A stretch of DNA of 64,000 bases. Origin: Penicillus capitatus. Its lineage: Eukaryota > Plantae > Chlorophyta. The notes beneath the pieces are model-generated. The model worked only from the letters and a program-made list of their open reading frames with translations, ran no database searches and was not told the DNA's origin. Location: assembly GCA_965649825.1 (NCBI GenBank), contig OZ287703.1:925722-989721 (forward strand), written 5' to 3'. A program made the translations under genes and the position numbers. Shown here in pieces: positions 26,632 to 39,518 of this stretch (the first letter of the stretch is position 1; every line of letters starts with the position of its first letter).

Positions 26632-27564
26632 CGCCCTGCCTGTAGCATTTGCATTTGCTCAGGTTCGTCCCTCCGCTTCGCCGTGGCGCGTGCGCGCGAC
26701 GCGGTGCGTCTTTCGTTTGGCATCCCCGTCACAGATGCTATACTCAAATTGTTCGTCCACTTCAAACCAAACGAGATTTTGCAACGTAAGCGGTTTTTTC
26801 ATGACAGCTTCTGCCCTGACGCATTTTATACCTCAGCTGTATGATGTCGTATATCTCTTTAGTGTTTGGCTCGATGGATCTCAAGTCACCATTGCACAGC
26901 TGACCCAAGCGTTGGTGTCTAAGTGATACTGGCGAGTATCAACCGTTTCCATCTCGTAGCAACAATGCCCCTGAAAAGCACTCTTCCCGAATTATTGAAC
27001 CTATTAGATCGTCACAGACAGACCTGATCAGTTGCCAGAGTACAAGCACAGAGAGAGAACGTCGCGTTGCAGGCTAAAGGAAGTGGATGTCATGTCGAAG
27101 GGTACCTCAGCATACGAACTGTGCTCTTTAGATGCAACACAAAAAACGAAGCACCTGTGCGGCGCCTTGTCATCGACGACTTTTACGCTGAAGCCTCGAG
27201 GCCAGGGATCGTTAAACCAGAATTCGAAGCACCCTTATCCTGAAGAATCTAATTTTTTATCTGTCCATCCTTACGTTCTCTGCCAGCGCATTGCAAGGAG
27301 ACAAGGGAATGGATCCAGATGGACACCGTTTGTTCGCACGACCTCGCTAACGGAGCAGTATCCTGTGAACATGGATGGTCAAGATGTTGAATTAAGACCG
27401 TTGTGTTTATGACCCCGTCCGTCCCTCAATCACACAGTTCTCATTCATAGCTGTCACATCATCAAGGAATGAACGATGACGACAAGGCGTCCATAGCGAT
27501 CGGCAAAGTCCCCAACCCCATCTCGCAGCAAAGTTCCAAGAATCGTGTCACACATGACGGAGCG

Positions 27565-29426
27565 TTACTCTTCGGATCTCACACATTCCTCGATGGGAGA
27601 GAGAAGCTCGGCACTCCTTTGCTGCCGTTCTCTCTCGATCATGCGTTGAAAGCGTTTCTCCGGCGGTCTCAGAATTTTGCCCAGGGAGAAATCGTTGTGT
27701 GCGATGCCCGATGCCTCCAAATCCGCAAACCGCTTCCGCACACGATTCTCGAGACTGAAGGAGAGACACGAGGGAAAGGCCACGAGCTCATCGATCTTTC
27801 GACCGAGGGTCTTTGTAAAGTAGGAGACCTTCTGCGTCAGTGTCTCCGATCGTATCGATAGCAGCCACGGAAAACGCAGCAGCAGTCGTCGGCATTCGAG
27901 AATATTCAATCTCAGCTGCGATCGGAGATGCTCCATCCGAATGCGGATTTCGGCTTCGTTGCTCGACAGCAAACGACAGCAGCCGATCAGAAGTCGTCCA
28001 GCTCCTTTGCTGTCCAATCCTGTCAGGCTTTTGAGAAACTCCACTTTCGGCCGGAGATCACGCTCGATCGATTTGTTGAGCAAAGTGGGTCGCCGTATCA
28101 GAAGGCGGAAAAAACGATCGGGGGCGATCCTTAAATCTTCCAGAAAGTAGGAACAGACAGGTCGCATCACATCTGTGCAGGAGATGTCCAGAATCGACGG
28201 CTTCTTTAACAGGAGTCGGGCGGCGTGGGCACGGGACATTCGGACATCTTCTAGACAGAAGGACAGCCATGGCTCCAGCTCATCTTCGACAGATCTGAAC
28301 CGTAGATCCACATCGCGTCGATGCAACTGCTGCAGTTCTGCCTGTTCGAATGACAACTCTGCTTTGAGAAAGGCATCGACGCCTGTGCGTCCTTGAAGCA
28401 GCGGATAGGACCGCACGTCATGCACATCTGTCGTTTTGCCTTTTGGCGTTGATGTGACGTCTGACGTTGATGTGACGACGTCAGGTGATGATGTGACTTT
28501 TGGCGGCGGAACGTCGGCTGATGGGACGTTGAGGAAGGTATTGAGTGGTGGTGTTGAATGCGGACTGCCGGGCACTCGATAGAGTTCTTCGCCGTTGGCA
28601 GCAACGACGACCGTTTCGCGCAAGGTCGTGACGATGCTGCTGATCCCTGTCTGTCCAAACTCAAGCGTCACGTCCATTTCGGTGTAATTGGATGGAGCGA
28701 TCGGTACCTACTTCCCATCACATCACACTTTTAGCAAAAGAGTGAGAGAAGAACCAACTCGCATGGAACGGTTCATGCCCTTCTCCCAAGCAAAGGACAT
28801 GCCACCCACTCCCATCCGCACACACTAACAGCCACCCCACCAGCATCACATGTCCAGCCAACAGGCATCGATCCCATACTTTGTATTCGTAGTTGCCCGG
28901 GGGTAAGCGCGTTTGCGATGTCCATAAATGACCCGGTGCCCACACACACAGCAGTCCACGTTCCTCCTTCCAGTTGCCGAGCTCAGGGCAATTGCCGCAG
29001 ACAATGACATGCTCGCCCAGTTCCACACGATAGGGAATGCAAAAACGCACGGCCACGGTACAGGCAGTTACCACCGGCTGCGACGATTCCACCACCTACG
29101 TCACACTTCTCACACTTTTTGACAAGACACGCACCGTCTCTCACATTGACAGCACCTGGAGATGGAGCCAATCGCGCCTCTTGGGGCAACGTCAGTGACA
29201 GACCGTCTACGACAGTGAAGGCGAATGGAGGGGTGGCTCGGTGCGGAGGGGCCCTACCGCCGAGTGTCCGTTCGATATCGATGAATCCGTTTCCTATGGA
29301 CGCGCTCCGTATGCGCATACGTGTGAGATGTCGTCGACGTCGTGTCCTTCTCCATTTCGCACCGTATCGCCAAGAGCAGCTACGGATCATTCTGGGCGAG
29401 AAGGCCTTCATCGATATCATCGTCAT
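27565..29426 (-). CDS. Predicted fusion: putative transit peptide + CBM20 starch-binding domain + S/T/P linker + mTERF repeats
   Basis: Exons 29145-(29318 to 29426), 28880-29095, 28759-28824 and 27565-28707, joined by phase-0 GT-AG introns of 49, 55 and 51 nt. CBM20: VRFCIPYRVELGEHVIVCGNCPELGNW...W...LPPGNYEYK...WEKGMNR. mTERF: LLIRRPTLLNKSIERDLRPKVEFL, LLLRFPWLLS, LVAFPSCLSFSLENRV. Start codon uncertain. Confidence 0.8.
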
Positions 29427-29451
29427 CGGGAAGGGCGTTGCAACCGACGAA

Positions 29452-30796
29452 ATGCGTTGCCAGATCGACGACGTCGTCATCCAGTCGCTCAAAATCGGCG
29501 CCGTCTTTCACGAACCTTTCCGCGCACATATCAACTCTCTCGACTTCCATCGCGAAGACGCCCTCCTGGTAACACCGATTCCCCGTCTCCTGAGCCACGC
29601 GATATCGACCGTCAGGTCACGGCGAGCGACGACGATTGTCTTCAGCTGTTTGACACGCACAACGCTCGGCATCTCAAATCGGTCTCCTCGCGAAAATACG
29701 GGTGTCGTTGTGTGACGTATACCCATCACCCGAACTGTGTGCTGGTGGGGTCGGCCAAAGGCAGTAACCATGCTGTGCGTTACCTGTCCCTTCATGACAA
29801 CAGGTCATTGCTCACGTCACATCATACCTGAGCCTCCCTGTCTTTTCAGATGGCTGCGGTTCTTTGATGGTCACACCGAGAGGGTCTCGGCGATTTCGAT
29901 GTCGCCCTCGAACGATAGCTTCCTCACAGCTTCCGATGATCAAACAGTGAACGCATGATGTGTGCGATCACGGTGAAGCGTAGAGTGAGATGTTAGATAC
30001 GGTTGTGGGATTTGAGGGATCCGAACTGCAGTGCCGTCTTGCACAGTCCTGGCCTGCCCTGTTGCGCCTTCGATCAGCAAGGCCTGGTTTTCGGCATCTC
30101 CTCCGGTTGTGGCGTCATCAAGCTCTTTGATATCCGTAGCTACGCTCAAGGTCCTCCATCCATCTCACACTTCTCACACATTCCTCCTGTCACATCACAG
30201 GATCGTTCGCGACCTTTGCCATCGCCCAAGAGAACTGCGCCGTCGTGCCTTTCTCCTGTCTGAAATTCAGCTACGACGGTCAGAAGCTCATCGCCGTGAA
30301 CGAAAACAACGTCTATGTGGTGGACGCTTTCGAAGGACACGTCCTGCTTAACGTCAGCACCGGTAGAAACACATCATCGCATAGGGACGATACAGATACC
30401 CACTGTCATTGTTAGAGACTCCACAAGGAGGCATCCCACTCGAGGCATCGTTCACTCCAGATGGACAGTAAGAAAGAGAGAATAGAAAAGAGATGTTTCT
30501 GTGTGGTGGTTGGTGACCAGGTACGTCATTGCCGCTTGCTACGATCGGAAGATCCGTATCTGGAATCTGGCACATGTCAGCAGTCGTCAAGATCCGTCTT
30601 CCAATGCTGCTGCTACGCCTTCGGCAGTGGTTGCCCTTGAGGGACACACAAGTGTGCCGTTTCCTACGAGCGTCCTAGCAACAAGTGTGAAATTTTTACA
30701 GGTGTACCCTCGTGTATTAAATGGGCACCATCAAAAGCTGTCATGGCTAGTGGCTGTCAGGCTCTGGCCCTGTGGATCCCCAGCTCTCCATCTTAG
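29452..30796 (+). CDS. WDR82: WD40 protein WDR82/Swd2 (COMPASS/CPF subunit)
   Basis: IDDVVIQSLKIGAVF...INSLDFHREDALLVTASDDDCLQLFD; RYLSLHDNRWLRFFDGH; VSAISMSPSNDSFLTASDD; CAFDQQGLVF; C-terminal GVPSCIKWAP...ALALWIP. Short introns. Confidence 0.9.
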
Positions 30797-31163
30797 GCAA
30801 AGGGCCGAAGAGTGACATACATCACAAGCAGAAATCTTCAAATGGTTCACAGAGGATACGGTCATCATAAAATCATGATTGTTTTTGAAATCACACTTTT
30901 CTAGCGAAACTGTTAACATGAGTGTTCTTATGATTTTATCATCAATCAATCAATCAATGAGCGAACGAACGAACGAAAGATTTGCCTATTCGCGAAGATA
31001 CAAAGCATTCCGTACAGATCACCTCTCGCGTGCGTCTAAACAATACCCTACCGCTTTGTGTAACCTTGTCCATAAAAGCTTAGTCCGTTCTGTCTCAACA
31101 AAAAATGAAAGGGGCTAGGGAGGGATTGGTTATTATGCAGGCAGGGAGGCTTGAGGGGTTATG

Positions 31164-33004
31164 TCAGAGGCTGTTCTGCTGCTGTTGGTGGTGATGATAC
31201 TCTTTTGTGTATACAGACAACGACTTGGAAACGCGGATGCTGCATGCAGCTTTTATGAATCCATCTGGCATTTTGGCCAGAATTGGAAACTGCTCTGAAC
31301 TCAGTTGTTTTGAATTTGAGCTGAGAAGACCGAGGATGCCTTCCAAGGTCTGTCTAAGCAGTTGCTCTTCTGAGCTGCGTAGTAATGCTAATCCGACGCG
31401 GTAGATGATCTTCCACCCTTCAAATAGGAAAATATCCCAAACCTAAAAACAGTACTTTAGCGAAAAGAGTGAGAAAGAGTGAGATGACTCGGAGCAGGTG
31501 TTCAAAAGGTAGAGAATAGGCAAAGATCGTATTGAACCAATTAAAACAGAACATCGAAGGGTGGACGCCTTCGCGCTCAAAATGTTCCGCTAGTTTGGGA
31601 ATGTCCTACACACACCACAGCGCACCACGCCATCATCAGTTAGGCTGCTTATGTACGCCTCCCGTTCTCCTTACTGCTTTAATGAGCCTCTCAAATTGAA
31701 AGAAATGTTGTTGGACGAGTGGGAATCCGTCTGTATATAGTCCTTCCATTGGGGGGTGGACCTGTCCCTTCATCAAGGCGACCAAAGTCCAGAAGGCATC
31801 TTCTTCACACATATAGAGAAGCAGCAGTCCTGCTATAAACCCCATTCCTTGTACATAACCCACCTGTCCGTCACATCATCCATCTCTGTGAACGGCAGAC
31901 GGGCAATGGATCGATCGACCTTTTTGTCGTAGACAGAGTAGGCTTTGAGCACGTTAAAGAGGGACCGCTGCCCGGGTCCCTGCTTTTGCTGGAAGTAGAC
32001 ATGACTGGGGTAAGTTCTGTTTAGATCACGCACAATTTCGAGCTCAATCTTCTCCATTCCTGTCTTGTAGAGCATGAGATCGTGGTACACGCCCTCGTTT
32101 GCCAGTAATAGACTCCGGCCACCTTCAGCACAGCTTCCCATCACAAAGTACTGGAGATGCGTATGACTGTTGTTGCCTGAGAGCAGTTGCCACACAAGTC
32201 CTCTCAATGCATCTGGTATTCCTTTTCTTATTCGCCTCTTCACTTTGACAGGATGTTTATTGAGATATTCCTGCCAATCCACACCGCCCGCTCCGACCAT
32301 ATGGCGCCATTTCTTTAATCGTGTTTTCTCCTAAAGGCACACGGCACAGGCGATCGATGCGTGGCCACTCGAATAGATGTGCCCAGTGGATGTACTTTAA
32401 CAGGATCGACGCCGCTGCCAGATTTGTGTTCCCCATCCCGTACAATAAAACCGTACTGATCGATCGTGATCGATTCATCGGGAATGGGACATGCCAGTTC
32501 TGCGATTTCTGCAGCTGCTGAAGGATGGAGTACGGAATCGTCGCTTCCAGCAGTCGATTCTGATGTAGCAGCAGACGATGCTACACTCAATAAGTTATCT
32601 GCTTGAAAGACACGGGTAGGCGTTAAACTGGCAGAGGTATTCGAAGCAGAGCTCGGTGAGATATCCCAGGCACCCCACTCCATCTCGACAGGAGCTTGCG
32701 GAATACGGTAGCTTTGCAAAAAAGGCGGCGACGGCTGCTCTCTCGTATCAGCTTCATACCCTACTCCCGATCCTTGATGCTCATGATGATGGTGATGTTG
32801 TGGAGAAGAGGCTCGGTGGTGGCTCATTGATGAAGATCCGTCCCCATACCTACACTTCTCACGCATCACTCCTTTCGCTTTCGATCGCATCCGGGATACG
32901 GACGATTGGACTATGGACGGAGAATCGACTTCTCGTCGCAGAGTGGCACTTCTATCTAAGACACTTCTATCGGGTTCAGGGCTGCTTTCCGGTGTACTTT
33001 GCAT
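31164..33004 (-). CDS. TBC-domain Rab GTPase-activating protein
   Basis: RIRKGIPDALRGLVWQLLSG; IVRDLNRTYP; LFNVLKAYS; GYVQGMGFIAGLLLLYMCEEDAFW (TBC Arg and Gln finger motifs). Ser-rich N-terminus. Confidence 0.9.
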
Positions 33005-33047
33005 CGTTTTCCACGGATGCGGTTCCCACCTGTCTCGCACATAACAC

Positions 33048-33463
33048 TCATGCATCCATACATAGACTAGACGTCACGGTGACCTGTATGAGTGGGCGTA
33101 GCGTTCTCGCAGACCCGACCGTAGAGACGGACTGCGGCCAGAAGAGGAACGGACGTCGTTTGTCGGGAACAACGGGACCGTCTTGGATCTGCACAAACAT
33201 ACACTTACGTCTGCTAAAAGTTATTCCAAAGGCAATGAACATCGACACGATGACGGTCAAAAGACAAAAGGTCGCCGTCTCTTGATATCTCAGTCGCCGT
33301 CTTATCACCCAACAAGAACGACCCCCAGGCGAAGTGCCAGTGCTTTTCGCAGCGAGGAGTCGACGAAGCGTGACGTGGGTGTGTTCGTTCGGTGTGCTCA
33401 CTTGAAGCTTTCGTTAAGCGATGCGGGGACCGCAAGAGTAGACAGTAAATAGAAGTCAGACAT
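33048..33463 (-). CDS. Possible small membrane protein (hypothetical)
   Basis: ATG at 33463, a plausible GTGAG...AG intron, then a hydrophobic stretch (TFCLLTVIVSMFIAFGITFS). Could instead be untranslated sequence of the neighbouring genes. Confidence 0.25.
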
Positions 33464-33689
33464 GGAGACTCCTCCACATAGCCTTCGTCAAAAACACCGT
33501 TATAACGTCGTGGACGTCGCACAACCGACCGCTTCGGCGGACACGTCAGGTGTGTCGTCTTCGTCGTTTGGAACTGGGTGCGTGCAGAAATCCGCTACCG
33601 TCGCGACACAAATGGCACGATTCGCGAATTTTATGCAAAGAGGCGAACGAACGAACAGATTCATCGCCGTGTCGAACGAACATACTCTT

Positions 33690-35345
33690 TTAAGGCTCCA
33701 TCGCGATGCGGTGGACGACGAGACCTTGACAAACGGAAGGGTCGTGTGTCCAGGAACCGAGACGCGGACGTCGACTGAGCGCACCGAAGAGCAAACGGCC
33801 GTCCGGGCTCAAGTGCAGCGACGTCACGAGACCTTTGGCACGGAGGCCAGCGCCTAATGCGGTTACCGTGCATAACCGTCCACGGACATCCCGCTCCGCT
33901 GCCCACAAACGCACACAGCCATTCGCTGCGCCACTCGCCTAGACCGCATACGTCGCGATTTTTTCGCAATCATCGAGGCTGCGCACAATGAGATCGGCTC
34001 CGTGTGTGGCGGCGAGAGATTGGACCCATCCCTGGTCGGGGTCGCGGCCGTGTGGGGAAGAAACGAGCGCCAACGGTTTTTTCTTGGCCGCGTTCCACAG
34101 CTGCAGACCATCGGCGGAACCAGAGACGAAGCACGTGCTGTTCAGCATCCGGCAGCAGTCGACGGTGAGACTGGGTGCACGGAAAACGAGTTGGGAGTCT
34201 GTCCATGTCTTCCACATCCGGCAGCTACGGTCATTGCCCGACGTGACGATCTTGGGCACATGCATGGTATCGAGATCGAAAATCTCACTCTGATGGCCAT
34301 ATAGTGTATCCACATATCTCACACAATCTCACACTCTTGTGGAGGAAGGAATGTCGATCTCGCTTACCCCATGTCGTCGACGCTCCAGATCTTGACGGTT
34401 CGATCGTAGGAGCAGCTAAAGAGCTTGTCGGTGCCGGTCTGGAAAACGACGCCCGATATGGCGGCGCGATGTCCGGAGAAGGAATGCACGCAAGTGTGTT
34501 GTCTGGTGTCAAAGAGATGGATATGGTGATCGCCACCAGCCACAGCTAGAAGATGGTGATCGTCTGCGATGGCCGAGGCCACCAAAGCACGCCGCGCAAT
34601 ACCATGACTGTGCGTTCGTATGGCCCAAGTCGCCGCCGTTCCGCTGGACGATGCCTGGAGCTTCGCAAAATCCCGCTCAAAGCGAATCTTCGTCCTGTGC
34701 GACGAAAGGCTTACATATGAAAGAGCGATAACTCGATCGGTGGGACCTGGATCCGGTTTCGATGTCATACAGTGCGATGCCACCGTTCTTGTCGACAAGA
34801 TAGCAGTGCCGACTGTCGGAGGTAACAGAAATGCTCGTCGGTTCCCATCTGAGATCAGACGTCGGTCACATCACGTTCAGTGGTAGCGAAGCGACTTGGA
34901 AGCTGGATAAAAGTGATGCTCCTTCTGGACTTCGTTCGCCGAGATCCGCACGCGTGACGCAATTTCTTGCGAAGGAGCATCGTCCTGCAAAGGAACATGT
35001 TGAGAAGAGCGGTATCGATTAGTGATGTGACGTCTTCTCCATCTTCAAGTCTCTTTGTCACGGCTTCGTCAGCTTCTTCGTCGCTTCCGTCGACCTCCGC
35101 CCGCACTCTCGCGAGATACGCCTTCGCTGAGATCACTCCTTTTCATATGGCAGTCGTACTCGAGACGTACACCTACCGATTCTCAATTTCTTCTCTTCGA
35201 CTGTCTCGTCCTCTGCCGCTTCCCCGTCGTCAGTCGTCACTTCTTTAGGCTCGCGTTCGAAGAAGGGATCGTCGTCGTCTTCACGCGTCTTCTTCGCACG
35301 GCCGCCGCTGCCGCGAGGCGGATCGTGGCGCTTCGTACCTCGCAT
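33690..35345 (-). CDS. RRP9: U3 snoRNP-associated WD40 protein RRP9/U3-55K
   Basis: K/R- then D/E-rich N-terminus (DDDDPFF; EDETVEEKKLRI..AYL); GHRAAISGVVF...LFSCSYDRTVKIWS; YVDTLYGHQ; FVSGSADGLQLW...KKKP; C-terminal LSPDGRLLFGALSRRPRLGSW. Confidence 0.88.
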
Positions 35346-35371
35346 TCTGATGATGTGACGTGTCTGTCACG

Positions 35372-37019
35372 ATGCGGTCTCATGTCCCCGTTGCGGAGGT
35401 GGTAGTGACATGGACGACGTCTGCTGCGCTCGTCCTTTTCACTCCTGCACGGACGAACACTTCCAGAGCTCTCCTTTTCGCCGCCACCTGTCTTGTCGCC
35501 TTTCATGAAGCTTTTCTCAAACACAGTACTTAAGCAGCGATTCGTCGTTGCGTAGAGACACCTGCCCCACTTCATTCTAGGCGGAATCGTGGGGCGACAG
35601 CCATCTGGCCTATCCCAAGGAGCATTTCTCATCCCATGGTTGCTCTTTTCATTTGAGGGGGAGACAGACAAAGAGAGTCTCTTTCTGAGTGCCCTCTGCG
35701 TAGGACTCCTGTTCAATTTCATCTCACTCGCTGTCACATCGTGGTGCGATCCCAAACCCGCACACTTCGGCCTGGGTACCGGCCTCATGGGCTACCTGAT
35801 GATCCTGGTTCTCTCTCTGACACAACTGAATGCGATTGTTACGTGGAAGAGGGCGATCGTATGGATGATGGGCGGCAGTGTGGCAGGAGTGATTCTCGAA
35901 ATGCACTACTTGGCCGAGAGTTTCAGCCTGGGCGAGATGTTTGTTTGCGCCGAACTACTGTCAATGCTCCTGTGCAGTGGCGTCATAACACACCGCCCCC
36001 TGTCAGATGATTTCCTCACTCAAGATCCAGCTTCCGGGCAGCTTCTCTCATGGATCTGCATTGCCCTGTCTGCCACACTAGGCTTCTCCGTATTCTCATG
36101 TCTAGCAATTCGCCAGTGGACGGTCGACTGGCTGCAGAGCCTCGATGGCTTGACCTTTCAGAAAAGAAAACACCAATTATGGTCACTCTTTGTACACGTC
36201 ATGACTCTCTACTTTACACGATGGCTCATCACTCTTTTCCCAGATGCCGTTTCGACTCTCGTTTTCGCTCTGGGCTCTCGTCGGCGAAGATATCTCCTTC
36301 TGTATTGGGTGGCTGTTTTGAGTGGAGGTATCGGAATGGCAGAGATATTGAAGCGTCGGATGCAGACGATCGTCATGCGCAAGTGGTTTCATTTCGTGTC
36401 TCTGGCGCTCTTCCTGCCCAGTCACCTCATGGAACCCATTTTGCTGCAGATAGCTTTGGCAGTGGCACAGATGCTCTTCTTCTTTATCGAGGCTCTGCGT
36501 CTTGCCCGCATTCCTATCGTCTCCCTCAAAATCGATCAATTTCTCGCCAGCTTTACAGATCATCGAGACCATGGCCCTCTGATCATCTCACACTTCAGTT
36601 TACTGATTGGACTGGCCCTGCCGATCTGGATTTCTCCTGTGTGGGAACCTGACCCACAGCGATCTCAGCTTCTCTCGCTCTCTGGTCTCATATCTCTTGG
36701 CATTGGCGATGCCTTTGCCGCCATCATTGGCACCAGGTCTGTCTCCTTCTCTCTTGTACATCTCATTCATTTGAACGACCTGTGCAGATTTGGATCACAT
36801 CATTGGGTGAAGGGTCTTGACAAATCGATCGAAGGTTCCGTGGCGTGTTTTCTCACGATGGTGCTTGGATGGTTCTTTCTTTCGTTTTGGTGTCCGATCT
36901 CATTAGGTTCGTTGATCGTGCCATCCCTTATGGCCACCGTGTTCGAAGCCTGCAGTGCACAAAATGACAATCTCTTCTTACCCCTTTACTACCTTACAAT
37001 GATCAAACAGTTCACGTAG
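35372..37019 (+). CDS. DOLK: Dolichol kinase
   Basis: Polytopic membrane protein with RKWFH, RDHGPLIISHFSLLIG, GLISLGIGDAFAAIIG, KSIEGS and NDNLFLPL. First exon 35372-35525, then a 55-nt intron, joins in frame to the long ORF. Confidence 0.92.
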
Positions 37020-37502
37020 AACACGATCCGTCATCAAACAGAAGCGTCGCGTCACTGTCGTTGCGAAACAGAGGCGATCAAAAAGCGAAGAAAACGCAAT
37101 GCAGCGTTGTTAGCGGATTCGATAGAGATCGCTACCCGCCGCGACTTGAAATCTTCGTCGTGTCTCGGGGCCGCCATCACGCACGGGCTCTTTCGGAATG
37201 ATGGTTCGAAATGGAAGGACGCTGACGGCGATGTCGAGCAATGCTGCGCGAGATGTCCATCGATCCGTTTCATCAACACATCCGCTTAAACGCTGCATGC
37301 ACTCAGATTATCTGCATTTTCATCCTCTGTCTCCTCAGACCTCGCATAATACAGACAGCTAGTACTTCTTGATGTGTGGCATCGCGTGCTTAACGTCGAT
37401 TTCGCCAAATCTGACGCTCGTCGTTGTCCTGGTAAAAAACGATCCGAGTCTTGTTGCCCACTGACGTTTACGTGCGACAGAAAAGGGAATCATAGGACGA
37501 CC

Positions 37503-39518
37503 CTACAGCGGTGAGGCCGAAGGATGATCGATATCCTCAAGCGTTAATGGCTCGAGAATGCATTCCAGCTCCGTATCATCATTTACGGCGGTCGTCATCA
37601 CGTTTTTGTACTCGTATCGCATCGCCTCGTACACAAACCAGAAAAACACGAGGATCATCATGACTAGGAATACACACATCACGTGAGAGGCGAGGAAAGC
37701 GCACGTGCAGGACGAACCGAGTATCACCAGATAGAACATATCCAGGTGCCCTTCATTGAGGTTGTCTGTGATCCATTGGTGTCCCATTGAACGGGTGATG
37801 GCATCGATGAGCAGCATAAAGAGACTGGAGAGATAGGCGGCCAGGGAGATGGCAGTAAGGTTCAATGCCGACATGACGCTCCTCATCGAATCGGGTGCCT
37901 AAAGATATCACGCCTTAGCGGCGTGTCGTTCTCTGGATCAGAAAACCTGGCTGTAGAAAAATTCAAGGAGTCCCACCGCCGCCATCACTTCGGTTATGCC
38001 ACAGAGCGATTCGGGAAGAGCCAGCCAGAAGACGCTCATCCTCACCACCTCGACATCCTCTCCGTCCTGCTCGACAGTGTCGAATTGGCCTTCGGCGAAG
38101 AGATGCTTTCGAGATCTCTCGATCACGAAAGAGCTCAAAACAGATAACACGGCCAACAGGTACCCGACGCCAATACGCTGCAGAAGCGTTGGTGTGTACT
38201 GCAAACGCTTGCGCATGAAAGGAATCAATAAGCGATCGTAGATCGGCAAAAAAACGATAATGGAGCCCGTATTGAAGATAACCAAAGAAGCAGATGGAAA
38301 CTTGGTGTGGTGCCCAAACACATGCACATCCCTATTCATCTGCATCCCCTGAAGAATCCGTGCATCCATCTGGCTAAGTGACATCCTACGACAATACCAC
38401 ACAAAAAACGTGCACGATAGAGAACGTCACGCATTTGTAGGGGGCAACCAGAAAAACACGGCGGTGGCAAAGATGGGGAGCATTCGGCACACGAGCTTCG
38501 CTTCTTGCACATCTTGGCGCGAAGATTTTCCTGTAGGATGGCAGCTGGCCTGATGAACGCGTATTTATGATGAGAATACCAGATGCTGTTGCACAGTCCA
38601 GCCAATGTGTGTGCTGCTGCTGGCGGTGATTCCTGGATCGCATCTCTTCCCCTGATGGTCTGTCCACGGCAGAATAGGAGAACCGTTTCGGCTGATCGCG
38701 CAGTGCTCTGCACACGGTGGCAAAGAATCGCACTACGGGCGATTCCGATGGCGGAATGCAACGATACAGCGATTTCCTCCAAAAAAACGTCAGAGCAGAG
38801 AGCAGCATCACCCCACCTGTCACATCAGTCTTGTGGTCATAAATACAGGGGAATCGACCTCTCACTTGCGAAGGCAAAGGAGATCCCCCACAGTCCCTGG
38901 TCTTGCATGTAGACCACCACCATTGCAGCCAAAAGTGCACCGATGTTAATAAAGACGTAAAACCAGTTGAAGAAAGATTTCTTCTCTGCTCGATCACGCT
39001 CTCTGCTGTCATCGAACTGATCGGCGCCGAAGGCAGAGACATTGGGTTTGATGCCTCCTGTCCCGACGGCTACCAAGAAGAGGCAGAAGACCAGAAGCAT
39101 CCACTGCCAGGCATTGGCATGCGTTCCGTCGTCCACACGGATTCCGGGGAGTACAGCACTGATTGTCAGTAATACGAGACCACAGAGGTAGATGAAAACT
39201 GAGGCGCATATGGTTCGATATCGGCCAAGATGCGCGTCGGCTATCCACCCACCCACCAAAGGAGAGAGATAGGAAAACCCGGTCGCAATGTTGCCGCCAG
39301 CGGCCGACGTCGATGCTGCAGCACCCAGTTTCTTGAAGTAATTTACCAAGTTCATCCGAATGCTATAGTAAGCCAAACGCTCGCCGAGCTCCGTTCCTAA
39401 ATCGCTTGCTTCAACGCGAAAGCTTTTACTCGACGACAGTACCCAAAATAAACGAACACACCGTCAGGAGGACAGATTTCTCCTCATCTGTATCGTTCTT
39501 TCCTTCTGCGGACGACAT
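37503..39518 (-). CDS. NRT1/PTR family (NPF/POT) proton-coupled oligopeptide/nitrate transporter
   Basis: ExxER motif (TELGERLAYY), GGWIADAHLGRYRTI, GTGGIKPNVSAFGADQFD, SFFNWFYVFINIG, GLLEFFYSQ. Confidence 0.93.

Noticed and set aside
30941-30978. (ATCA)n and (CGAA)n short repeats
   Set aside because: Ordinary microsatellites of about four units between convergent 3' ends.
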